Below, piece after piece: positions 21,305 through 32,221 of a DNA stretch of 35,345 nt (its first letter is position 1; every line of letters begins with the position of its first letter). The position numbers and the translations under genes were made by a program. This DNA is from Octopus bimaculoides (taxonomy: Eukaryota). The notes under the pieces were generated by a model that had not been told where the DNA came from, made no database searches, and saw only the letters and a list, made by a program, of their open reading frames with translations. The DNA is taken from positions 1,282,188 to 1,317,532 of the forward strand of contig NC_068983.1 of the NCBI RefSeq assembly GCF_001194135.2. The letters run 5' to 3'.

Positions 21305-21500
21305 TAGAGGGGACAAACAAGATCAGGCAAAGGGATTAAGTCGATTACATCGACCCCAGTGCGTAACTGGTACTTATTTAATCGACTCCGAAAGGATGAC
21401 ATGCAAAGTCGACCTCGGCGGAATTTGAACTCAGAACGTAACGGCAGACGAAATACCGCTAAGCATTTCGCCCAGCGTGCTAACGTTTCTGCTCGCCGCC
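21305..21500 (-). mobile_element. SINE family A (long-tail variant)
   Basis: Closely matches 11141-11374. Confidence 0.9.
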
Positions 21501-21639
21501 CTTTTAAGGAACACATATTGGGAACAGTGTCATCGACCACATATGCACAGATATTATCAAGAGGAAAATTGTATTATGCCCGTTGTTGATACCACGTTTA
21601 GTAAGATTACAGAACATTAGAGCAACGTATATAGCCTGG

Positions 21640-21830
21640 TTCACCGTCGGTTACAACGATGAACCTTCCGATTGATACGATCAACGGAACAGCCTAATCT
21701 GAATTTAACGTAAACGTTTGCTGAGTACACCTTAGATTCGTGGACACTTAAAGCAGTTCTCAAGGAAATTCAGCGTGACACAAGGCTGACCTTTTTGGAT
21801 TGCAGATACAACACATTTTACCAGCTGATT
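21640..21830 (-). mobile_element. 3' part of SINE family B (diverged)
   Basis: ccgtcggttacaacgatg...gatcaacggaacagcc...cagcgtgacacaagg. Confidence 0.75.
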
Positions 21831-21908
21831 GCCCATCAATGTGATCCGCCGCCCCCACTCACTGATATGAAGCCCCGCTTGCTAGATCAACTGGTTATTA
21901 AATAAAGC

Positions 21909-22208
21909 TCAATATTCTCCTAGCCATCGCTCATCGTCTCTTTTTAACCAAATCCAGTGGCTAGCCTTTTCCACTGTCGTTTGGATATTGGTCATGGTGG
22001 TATTTACCTTACGATGAGTTAGGCCTAACGATAACAGCAGTCGTCTCACACTGTGTCCAACAAACCCTCTACATCTAACTTTGATTGGAAAAAGGTCCGC
22101 ATTCCAACCTGCGTCTTCACATTCCTCGAGGAGGTTTACATAACGGTCAATCTTTCGAGCCCGAGTGGCGTCCATGTTATCTTCATAAGGAACCGTTAAC
22201 TCGACTAA
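21909..22208 (-). mobile_element. C-terminal RLE-domain fragment of a HERO-like (R2-group) non-LTR retrotransposon
   Basis: LVELTVPYEDNMDATRARKIDRY..L.EECEDAGW....PIKVRCRGFVG.S...LG...VEKASHWIWLKR matches the ELTVPWE...K..KY...EVGCRGF...AS.WLW.KR pattern I recall for HERO elements. Confidence 0.8.
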
Positions 22209-22331
22209 AAGAGATAAGGAATTACGTACATTATTTACATTATTTACATTATTTACATTCGACGGATATTCGTCCTCATCTTGTTTGTTGTTAACGTTTC
22301 GGCTGATATACCCTCCATCCTTCATCAGGTG
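22209..22331 (-). mobile_element. Penelope-like/retrozyme-like 3' tail segment containing a minimal hammerhead motif and (AATGTAAAT)x3
   Basis: cacCTGATGAaggatggagggtatatcagccGAAACgtt...gtcgaatgtaaataatgtaaataatgtaaataatgt. Confidence 0.6.
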
Positions 22332-22333
22332 CC
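22290..22333 (-). ncRNA. Degenerate minimal type-I hammerhead ribozyme motif
   Basis: Core CUGAUGA (22328-22322) plus A, stem II GGAUG/CAGCC (one mismatch), GAAAC-GU-U with a self-complementary ACGU helix III; no clear stem I partner in this copy. Confidence 0.55.
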
Positions 22334-22399
22334 TAGTGATTAAGAGCGCAGGCTACGAACCCCAAGATTCCGAGTTCGATCCCAAGCAGTGAACTGAGC

Positions 22400-22457
<58 letters not shown>

Positions 22458-22475
22458 TCGAAAAATACCTCAGGA
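22330..22475 (+). mobile_element. SINE family D head: tRNA-like region, (AAT)n, then aacatcgaaaaatacc
   Basis: gcctagtgattaagagcgc (box A-like) ... gagttcgatccc (box B) followed by about 21 AAT units. Confidence 0.75.
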
Positions 22476-22805
22476 CGACAAGGTTTCCACTTGATCCGAT
22501 CAACGGAACAGCCTGCTTGTGAAATTAAGGTGCAAGTGGTTGAGCACTCCACAGACACGTGTACCCTTAACGTAGTACTCCGGGAGATTCAGCGTGCCAT
22601 AGAATGTGACAATACAGGTACCAGAGAAACAGGAAGATAGAGTGAGTGAAAGTTGTGGTGAAAGAGTACAGCAGGTTTCGCCACCAATCCTTGCCGGAGC
22701 CTCGTGTTTTCGCTCTATAAACACTCACAACGCCCGGTCTTGGAGTCGAAACCACGATCCTACGACCATGAGTCCGCTACTCTAACCACTGGGCCATTGC
22801 GCCTC
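22476..22805 (-). mobile_element. Chimeric SINE: family E head/body plus family B tail
   Basis: 5' about 190 nt match the 29778 copy; 3' about 140 nt match the tail of the 11386 and 16895 copies. Confidence 0.82.
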
Positions 22806-22806
22806 T

Positions 22807-22842
<36 letters not shown>

Positions 22843-23200
22843 GTATATATATATGTACATGCATGTGTGTGCGTATATGTGAGTGTATGTGTGTCTCTGT
22901 GTGTGCATCTATATATATAAAATTTTGTTCGGAGAGAAAATACAAGATGTGATATTTAAATTGGCCTGGAATTATTTATCAACGAAAAGCGCGTCTGAAA
23001 CAGCTGTAGTGAAAGTTTAACCCATTTTTCTGCGTGTGCGCGCACATGTGTGTCTGTGTGTGTGTGTGTGTGTGTGTCTGTGTGTTTATACAGGCGTTCC
23101 TGTGTGTGAATATATGAGACTTGTGGTTTTTATATTCCTTTGTCTGAGAAGTCGCGCAACGAAAAACAAAAAAAAACAAAAAACAAAATGAAAATCTTAC

Positions 23201-23290
23201 CTTCTCTAATTTACTCCAATTTCTCAATAAATTTTCCGTATCTCCGCGTTTTCTCCGACTCTTAACAGTTGTTAGTCGATATTTCAGTCT
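23201..23290 (-). other. Candidate non-coding 5'-UTR exon of the SLCO gene
   Basis: Strong donor AAG|GTAAGA at 23200; ATG-free, non-repetitive segment; coding exon 1 starts at an acceptor and so needs an upstream exon. The link is unproven. Confidence 0.3.
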
Positions 23291-23444
23291 GGTTTGTTGA
23301 TGTTGTTGTTATTGTAGTTCTGTGGTGAAGGTCATGGATAGAGTAGCTTTACTGTGACATTCTTAAATGATGTTTTTCAAAGTGTTCTGCAGTAAATGAC
23401 TGCTGTAATGACAAGTCTGCTGGTTTTTGTTATTGTTCAGGTTG

Positions 23445-23840
23445 TGGTCGGTGGTGGTGGTGGTGGTGGTGGTGGTGATGGTGGTGGTGGTGGTNNNNNN
23501 NNNNNNNNNNNNNNNNNNNNNNNNNNNNNNNNNNNNNNNNNNNNNNNNNNNNNNNNNNNNNNNNNNNNNNNNNNNNNNNNNNNNNNNNNNNNNNNNNNNN
23601 NNNNNNNNNNNNNNNNNNNNNNNNNNNNNNNNNNNNNNNNNNNNNNNNNNNNNNNNNNNNNNNNNNNNNNNNNNNNNNNNNNNNNNNNNNNNNNNNNNNN
23701 NNNNNNNNNNNNNNNNNNNNNNNNNNNNNGTAGTGTTTGTTGCTAAGCTCTGTTGTTTGGTTCGGTCGTTGGTGTTAATGAATGAATCAGGTCGCTTTTC
23801 TTAACGATGAAGTGGTTCTTGTTGTTGTCGCTGTTGTTGG

Positions 23841-23906
<66 letters not shown>

Positions 23907-24090
23907 CCTCAGTGGTGGTGGTAGTCGGTGTTTCTGCCGTAAATGACTGTGATGATTGTATGAAGTGTTGGACATCTCGTTGTTGTTCTCCTTGTTATTG
24001 GCGTTCCTACATTTATTGTTCATGCTGCAGATGCTGTCACAGCTACCACGGCTGCAGGTGTTGTTGTTGTTGTTGTTGTTGTCGTCGTTG
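23445..24090. repeat. Trinucleotide repeat field (GGT)n-gap-(TGT)/(TGC)n/(TGA)n/(TGT)n
   Basis: Direct reading; gap at 23495-23729. Confidence 0.9.
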
Positions 24091-24344
24091 CTGCTGGCAG
24101 ACTAACAGGAATGAACTAAAGCTGTCAACCTACGGAGGGGAAAGAGGTGGGGGGGGGACATAGACCGAAAGAGAAAGAAGGAGAGAGAAAGAGAGAGAGA
24201 GAGAATGGGGACAAAATAGCGAGAGTAGGAGAGAGAAACAAGGTTATATGATGGGCGAAGGTTAGTTAATTATTTACAATCCTAATGAGTTAAAATAGTC
24301 TTCAGTTTAGTGCATCCTATTCTATTGTCACGTGCCTGGGATGT

Positions 24345-24460
24345 AGTGTATGGGGTGATGACGGATGGGGGAAGGGGTCTCTAAGTGGTCGCTTGACATG
24401 CTCGAAATAGCAGTGATATCGCTTTAAAATTACACCTTAACTTAAACAAATGATAGACAT
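24345..24460 (-). mobile_element. Family G repeat fragment
   Basis: Inverted match to 9240-9335. Confidence 0.45.
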
Positions 24461-24689
24461 GTTGGACAACGCAATTCTCGATATGCTATGGCAGAATATA
24501 TTATGGGATGGTCATGGTTGGAACACCGCTGATCATAACTTATCTCGATGTGGTGCTATGTGGGTTATGTGCACGTTCAACCCGGGCACCTCTAATGGAG
24601 AAACCCTGGAATTGTGAATCGGTTTGCTTTGTGTTTTTCTTGAAAGAACTCCAGCATTTTACGATGTTACAGAACGAAGTTAAATTGGT

Positions 24690-24930
24690 TTTGACGATGG
24701 CGAGTGTTCGAGTCAATTCAATTAACGGAACAGCTGGCTGTTGAAATTAACGTGCAAGTAGCTGAGTACTCCTCAGACACGCATGCCTTTAGGAAGATTC
24801 AGCGTGACACAAAGTGTGACAAGGCTAACCATTTGGATTGTGGGTACTACTCCTTTTTGTCAGCTGAGTGGACTGGAGTAACATGCTTAAGGGCACAACG
24901 GCTGCCGGAAATCGAACTCGCAAACTTTTA
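24690..24930 (-). mobile_element. SINE family B (diverged, head partly lost)
   Basis: aacggaacagctggctgttgaaattaacgtgcaag...cagcgtgacacaaag...gagtggactggag...gccggaaatcgaactc. Confidence 0.85.
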
Positions 24931-25235
24931 CGCACTTTTACACAGTTCCGTTAATCCATTATAATAGCGACAAATGAGAATCTATCGCCTCGATGTAAAA
25001 GCTGAAAGTTTATTATTTAGTTCCCCATGAGACTTTCGCATTTGCAAGGGCTTTGAACTGGCAGTGCATCAGCGATGACCCTTTTAGAATGTTCATAACT
25101 TGTGAAAGGAAGGGAGGACATTCTTCTCTGAGGGGCACCTGACCTGGATGTCTGCAACACAAAAGGCCAGGAGGCGGTGGTAATGGCGTTGGTGGTGATG
25201 GTCTACGACCCATCCATTAATATTATATTATAAAT

Positions 25236-26425
25236 ATTAGGTTGTTTCACGTGAAATGTCGTATCTGAAAGGTAATATTAAAATGTTTCAGAAGTGTTAC
25301 AGAACTGATTTATTTAATTAAAGTATGATTTATCTTCATCTATGACGTTTACCCAACGTTTTGTTTATGTCATATATTCCATCTTTAAAAAGAAGTCATC
25401 TTTTACACTGATAAACTGTCCGGATGCTTCAATTACCTCTTCTCTGTTTAACAATGTTTTATTGCTTATGAAAAGCTCAAAATGTTTAAATAAGTCATGA
25501 TAAACAGGAAAGATAACAGGGGAATATGGGGGATGTTGCAAAATGTCATAATTCAGGCTTTGCAATTTTTGGACCGCAGCTTTATGAGTGTGAGGACGTG
25601 CATTGTCGTGGAGTAACACTGGGCCATCTCTATTCACTACTCGGAGTTACTTCTTTTTCAAATTCTCTTGCATACAATCAATTTCCTGGCAATACGATGT
25701 GGCTGTTATAATTTTTCCTTGTTGCAAAGATGAATAATGAATAACTCCCTTTGCAGACCACCATACAGTGACCACTAACATTTTAGAGTGCAATGGTGGG
25801 TTTGGGTAGTGTTTGGGTGACTCTCCTGCATCTAATCACTGTCTTGTTCTCCCACTGTTGTCAAAGAGTATCCATTTCTCATCACAAGTAATGGTTTCAT
25901 GCAAAGATAGACTTTTCCCAGTCGAGAAAGAAATAAGGAGCACATTTCGAGGCGTCTGTTTTTTTTTTTTTAATCCGTTCCGTTGATGTGGAGCAAAGCT
26001 GTGTGTTTTCTTGACTTTTCCAGTTTCTTACAGGTGTTCAAAAACAGTCATACGAGATGTTTGGAATTCTGATGAAAGTTTTTGAACCTTTGTTCTCGGA
26101 TTTTGTTCAACCAAAACATTTATCCATCATGCCAAATAACTGATTTTGGCCTACCCGTTGGTCAACAAAAGCATTAGCAAAGTCGCACTTGATATTTCGT
26201 AGAACTTCTGCGGCAGAGTGACCCAGTTTGTACTCATGAGAGAAAATCACTCAACATAGTTTGGTTGTTATCGTTTTCATAAGGCCTGAGGGTACGAATT
26301 TTGTATAGCAATATTGTTGGGAAAGAAAAAGAGTGAAAATTAAATGCAAGGTATACATGATTGCGTTTTTAAATGACTGAAATAACAAGTAATTAAAAAT
26401 GCCACATTTCATGTAAAATGTATGA
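25236..26425 (-). mobile_element. Degraded near-full-length mariner transposon (second family)
   Basis: Minus frame LLHDNARPH...HPPYSP (third D mutated); candidate TIRs attaggttgtttcacgtgaaatgtc (left) and the diverged cacatttcatgtaaaa (right); about 1.2 kb. Confidence 0.85.
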
Positions 26426-26659
26426 GCAGATGTCTGTCATACAGGAACAAAGAAGTGCAGTGTGGGTAGAGGGTTAACAAACTAAACATCATAGCAGAGA
26501 AGGTGCGAGGGTGCAATAATAGGGTGTAGCACAGTAGCTGTGAAAGGAGGACAGCTATAACGAATTAGTAATTATGTTGTCATTTTTTTTCACCCTTAAA
26601 GAATGCAGTTTCTGTTCAGCACTGTTCTGCCTGAAGCGACCTGAGCCATGTGTTTCTGT

Positions 26660-26695
26660 GTGTGTGAGAGAGAGAAAGAGAAACAGAGAGAGAGT

Positions 26696-26755
<60 letters not shown>
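26660..26755. repeat. (GA)/(GT)n microsatellite
   Basis: Direct reading. Confidence 0.9.
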
Positions 26756-26758
<3 letters not shown>

Positions 26759-27419
26759 ACAAATACATAAGCATTGTGTATATATACATATAAGGTGCAT
26801 ATATAAGTGTTGTGTATAGATATATCATACCGAGGCTATCGCCGCTTGTGTTTTTGTTATTGTTGTTGTTGTTGGTGGTGGTGGTGGTGGTGGTGTTGGT
26901 GTTTGCTGTGATCGTTTGGTGGTCGTTGCAGTTGTGAACTGGTAATGCTGTTGGTAGTGTAATAGTGGTATTGTTGTTGGTGTTGCTAGTGCTGCGCTTT
27001 CATGTGGGTGATGCTATTGTCGTAGAGGGGTCGTCAATGGTATATTCGTCGTAACCGTGCTTCCGTTGCTAGTAACGTGCAAGAGCGTGGTGGCGGTGGG
27101 GGGGGCGTGTTTAATAGTTATGCTGGTAGTGGTGTTGGTGATACTGCTGCTGCTGCCGATGAAGAGGGCGTAGTGCTGGTGTGGCTTTACAGGGCTCAAC
27201 CGTAGCTCCCCCAAATACTTCATAATGGCTTGCAGCTTCGCCTTTCATACCATTGTCTCTTTTAACAAACAGACAAGTGAACATCTACTAGGCCATCCGA
27301 TCTTTTAAAAATATCATTCAATTATAATTCTAATCACATCCTATTGTCTTAAAAACAAACAAAAAAAATCTGAAGAGCAGAGTAGAGAAGTTAGTCCGGT
27401 ATATATTCACTAAAGCTAA

Positions 27420-27600
27420 AAAAACTTTACGAACGTGGCTGTCTTTATGGTTTGAGTTCAAATACTGCTGAATTCGACTTTGCTTTTCAACGGTTCGGGT
27501 TCAATAATATAAGAACGAGTTGAGCAAGCGGGTCGATGTAATCAACTTACTCACTCCCTCGAAATCGTTGGCCTTGTGCCAAAACTCGAAATCAATATTG
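27420..27600 (+). mobile_element. Diverged SINE family A (short-tail variant)
   Basis: ttgagttcaaatactgctgaattcgactttgc...ggtcgatgtaatcaact...ggccttgtgccaaaa. Confidence 0.7.
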
Positions 27601-27796
27601 TTGTTGTTTGTTGTGGTGGTGGTTATTGTTTTTTTTTATGTTGGTCTGATATCACTTCAAATCGCTACTAAACTTTGAAATATGAACTGAAAANNNNNNN
27701 NNNNNNNNNNNNNNNNNNNNNNNNNNNNNNNNNNNNNNNNNNNNNNNNNNNNNNNNNNNNNNNNNNNNNNNNNNNNNNNNNNNNNNNNNNNNNNNN

Positions 27797-27829
<33 letters not shown>

Positions 27830-27835
27830 TGTACA

Positions 27836-28225
27836 AGGAGTAGCTGTGTGGTAATTTGCTTGCTTACCAACCACATGGTTCCGGGTTCAGTCCCACTGCG
27901 TGGCACCTTGGGCAAGTGTCTTCTACTATAGCCTCGGGCCGACCAAAGCCTTGTGAGTGAATTTGGTAAACGGAAATTGAAAGAAGCCCGTCGTATGCAT
28001 ATGTATGCGTGTCTGTGTTCCCTCACCCCCAGCTTCGCTTGACAGCCGATGTTGGTGTGTTTGTGTTCCCATACATTAACTGTTCGGCAAAAGAGACCGA
28101 TAGAATAAGTACTAGGCTTATAAAGAATAAGTCCTGGGGTCGATTTGTTCAACTGAAGGCGGTGCTCCAGCATGGCCGTAGTCAAATGATTGAACCAAGT
28201 AAAAGAATTAAAGAATTAAAGAATA
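27836..28225 (+). mobile_element. SINE family C, near full length with short internal linker
   Basis: tRNA-like head ggttcagtccc, ccttgggcaagtg, tail ggcggtgctccagcatggcc, then (aagaatta)n. Confidence 0.9.
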
Positions 28226-29777
28226 AACAAAACAGTCAATTCAGATCCCTAATCTGAATATTGTGTAGTTATGGTGAATCAAATGCGAATAACTGCTTAT
28301 AGGAGAAATAATCGCGGACAAGTATTTCCTATCTTTCAGATGTGTAGAAGTGCTGAATTGTTGTTTGTTTAAGCTTTGAAGAAAGACAGAATTTTTCATT
28401 TTATATTGTGGTCATTTTCTAACACATTCAAATCTCTTGGCCGGAGATGTACTCTCCGTTTTCTGTAGCTTTTCTACCGTTACTACAGCGCTTTCTCCTC
28501 ATCGGAGCTGACACATCTCGTAACACCTCTATTCACTCAACGCCACACTGCACGTAACTAATATTGCATTTATACCACATATCACCTAACCATTAATCCT
28601 ACCCTTTTTTCGCATGATTTTCTATTTTTTCTTCTTACTTGTTTCCGTCAACTTTGAACTCTGTCATAGAACTATAACCGCGTCGAAATCTTCAATTTTG
28701 AAATGTGTGCCAGGACCATGAGCTCAACTCACTTCCTCTAGATTCTTGATGTTTATTAACACACGTACACAGACACACACGTACACAGACACACACGTAC
28801 ACGCCCGTACGCGTGTAATATCATAATTTCTCAGCTAAAAGTAATACAGACACTCTCCTTTAAGCATTGTTTTCTAGTTCTTCTATTGCTAGAGACAGCC
28901 CTGTGTGTATTGTGTTTGTATGTGTGTGTATGTATGTGTGTGTGCATGTATGTATGTGTGCATATGCTGGTTAAGCCTTATTTCGAAGGGATTATATGCT
29001 AATCCGATGTAAGATTTACATAAGATGTCAGCTTTGGCAGTGACACAGCATAAACTCTTTATAAATTCATTTAACGGTGAAACAAAAGTTTGCTAAAGAG
29101 AATACAACTATGTGTGTTGCTGTAATAATGTCGTGCGAATTTAGCCGTCGTAAGAGATTTTCTAAATTTTCTTTTGTTAAAATTTTGCAATGTTTCTTTT
29201 GTCGGCGAAAAATGTAGTATAAGTCTGAAGTCTTTTTTTTCTTCCTACTAATGCAGAAATTCTCCATTACAAATGTCTAGTAGTAAATTACTGCAGGCAA
29301 TGAAGTGCTGCTTGTCTGAGAATCGACTTCGTATGAAGTTACTTTTATAATTATCAATACTGAAAGTTTCCAGAACAACAACAAAGCAAATCGCAACCTC
29401 CAAATCGAATCGATTTGTAGCACTGATTTTCACGATATTCCAACGAATAACGATTTGTTTTTTTCAATTGTTTTACCTCATCATGTCCTAGATAGTTCTA
29501 TATTTCGATATTTTAAACCAACTTGTCTATCGATGTCTTTAAGAATTGTTTCCAACGGACATTTTCCGAATAATGTCTTTTATTTGCCCATGGAACAGAT
29601 TTTTAAGCCATAGCTTAAAAATATAAAGACAGACGTAAATTTATCAAACATCACTTCAGTGAGATTTGGGGGTACTGCTCATTTAACTCAGACTCCCACC
29701 TCGGATTATCATTTCCTTCCTGTCAAAGATAGAATTGCCACTACTTATTTAAGCCTACTGACCCCCGCCCCCTACGT

Positions 29778-30092
29778 GGAGACACATGGCCTAGAGATTA
29801 GAGCAGCGGACTCGCGGTCGAGGGATGGCGGGTTCGAATCTCAGACTGGGCGATGGGTGTGTTTATGAATGAAACACCTTTGCTTCACGCGGCTTCGGCA
29901 GAAAGTAATGGCGAACTTCTGCTGACTCTTTTTCGTCACAACTTTCTCTCACTCTTTCCTCCTGCATCTAGCAGCTCATCTACGACTGACTAGTGTCCCG
30001 TCCATGTGGGGAACCTATACGCCAGTGAAACCGGGAAACCGGCCCTTATAAGCCATGCATGGCTCGAGAAGGAACAAACAACAACAACAACA
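29778..30092 (+). mobile_element. SINE family E with its own tail, ending in (CAA)n; degenerate TSD
   Basis: Head tggcctagagattagagcagcggac...gggttcgaatctc; flanks tgacccccgccccctac / tgacccctcccccactac. Confidence 0.82.
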
Positions 30093-30484
30093 TTGACCCC
30101 TCCCCCACTACCCCTCGAGAGTGACACGACACACGGATAAGACCACAGTTTTCTTCCCATATTTAACTATTTCTAAAGCAGTTTTTCTTCATGCAGTTAC
30201 CCTCACAACTAGTCAAAATTCTTACATTCTAATACCTGACCAGAAAATCAGATACATGCATCTTGGTTGTCACATGATAAAAGCCTTGGCCCAGTACCTT
30301 TTCTCAGTAATCCCTGCTAGTTTGAACCTGCGAACTCCACACTTGCTAGCAGCCTTTTAGTCATTTACATTGATTTGCTGATTTTGTTTGTTTCATTTGA
30401 TCCGGTGAAGTTTTCTTTTCAATGGCTGCGGCTAGTCATACATTAACCGAAATGTGGCGAATGACAATTACTAATGATTCTTCG

Positions 30485-30700
30485 AGAGCGAGCTGGCAGA
30501 TTCTGGCCTGCGGTGCAGAGTGCTAAGCGGTATTTCGTCCGTCTTTACGTTCTGAATTCACATTCCGCCGAGATAGACAGTGTCTTTCAACCTATCAATG
30601 AATTCGATAGAATGAGTGCCTGTCGAGCCCTGGACTCAATATAATCGACTCACCCACCTCCAACAAAAGTTGCTGGCCTTGTGCCAAAATTTGAAACCAA
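30485..30700 (+). mobile_element. SINE family A (short-tail variant)
   Basis: gcgagctggcagattc...gcggtatttcgtccgtctttacgttctgaattcac...gctggccttgtgccaaaatttgaaacc. Confidence 0.82.
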
Positions 30701-32221
30701 TAGTTTATCATTCTTAGTCTGGTGGTCAAATGACATCTACGATCACCAATTCTATGGAAGCAAGCAGTGGTTCCCTTTCAGAAGTCGGTGATCCTGGCCA
30801 GTGTTATGAATACGATGCCGTCTTCCACCGTTAACCATCGCTTAACTCAATCCTATCCATCCACCATGTTACTTCATCGTTATTCTGATGGTGACTCTCA
30901 ATAAATGCAAACCTGGTTTTAGTCCTAGCCGACTTTGTTAGACCAGCCAGGACTGAAAATCATACCAGTGATCTTTGTGGGGTAAAGGATACGCGCAGAA
31001 TACACTTCTACGCGACCTAGGCGAAAATCATTTATATACTACATTAATATATACGAGACCTCTTGAATGTAGGATAATATAAACAAGAAAATACATTATG
31101 TAATATTGTGTATATATATTCAAAAGATGTCAGCTATTTTCAAGATAGTTTATGGTTAAGATTTAAAATATCCATAATGAAAAGAGAAAATGTGTTTCAA
31201 GCCACCGCACTGAGTTGACCATATGTTAAATTCATACAAAGACAAAATCTTCACAATAATTATCTTAGATAGCTAGATTTATAAATTCATTAGGTTAATT
31301 ATATTCATAAACATTTAAATTAGAGGTATTTCTTAAACCGTTTGCTTTACATTTCATCAGGTTGATTGAAATTTAGTCCACGTAACGCAAGGGGTATATC
31401 ATGGAACAGAGAAACTGTGGGTGATACAAATGATCTGACATTATTTTTGGATCCTGCATACAAAAACATACAAGTTATAGATATTCTTTTTCTTCAGACA
31501 AATTCTTTATTGACCAGTGTAGTTGGATATTGCAAATGGTTAGAGTTCAAAGTTAATACTAGTTCGGTCGTTCGGGTTTTTATTCAATCTACCTTTATTT
31601 CGGTTAAACAACACAAATTGACTCGTTTAGTCTTATATTGACTTCCATAGCCATCGGCACCATTTCCCTCCCCACAAATTATTGTTCTATACAGTTGGAC
31701 ACCCGCGTTTGATTCATCCATCCGTTAACAGCATTTGTTTCCATGCAGTCGAGCTCCTACCAACCTTTGTCATCGTCTAATAGAATGAGTGACTCCAACA
31801 CTCGTACATACATAATTTCATGCATAAATGCATATATACAGGCATAAATATCGAGACACAAGCACACATGCAGTTATACATACAAATATGAAGTTGACGG
31901 TTGTCTCAGTTCTGCAATATCTTGTTGAACGAAACTAACCTACACAGATGATTTGTTTATAGTAAGCAAATGCATTTGCTGTACATTAGCTCATTCTCTG
32001 CATCAAATCGACATTGCATTATTAGATGCATTGCGTACCACACGTCAGGTGTCGAAGGGATCTCAAAACAACGGGCAATGAAGTGGATTCCTCAAAAACA
32101 TAACACTCCGGGGATTGAAACCACGAGCTGGCGATCATGTGTGCAACACACATCACTACGCAATGCACTCTCACTGTAACATAGATACATACATACATAC
32201 ATACATAAATACATACATAAA

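Noticed and set aside
22222-22260. Short tandem repeats here, at 28760-28805 and at 33645-33684 considered as a CRISPR-like array
   Set aside because: Two or three adjacent units with no spacers, in eukaryotic context; simple local duplications.
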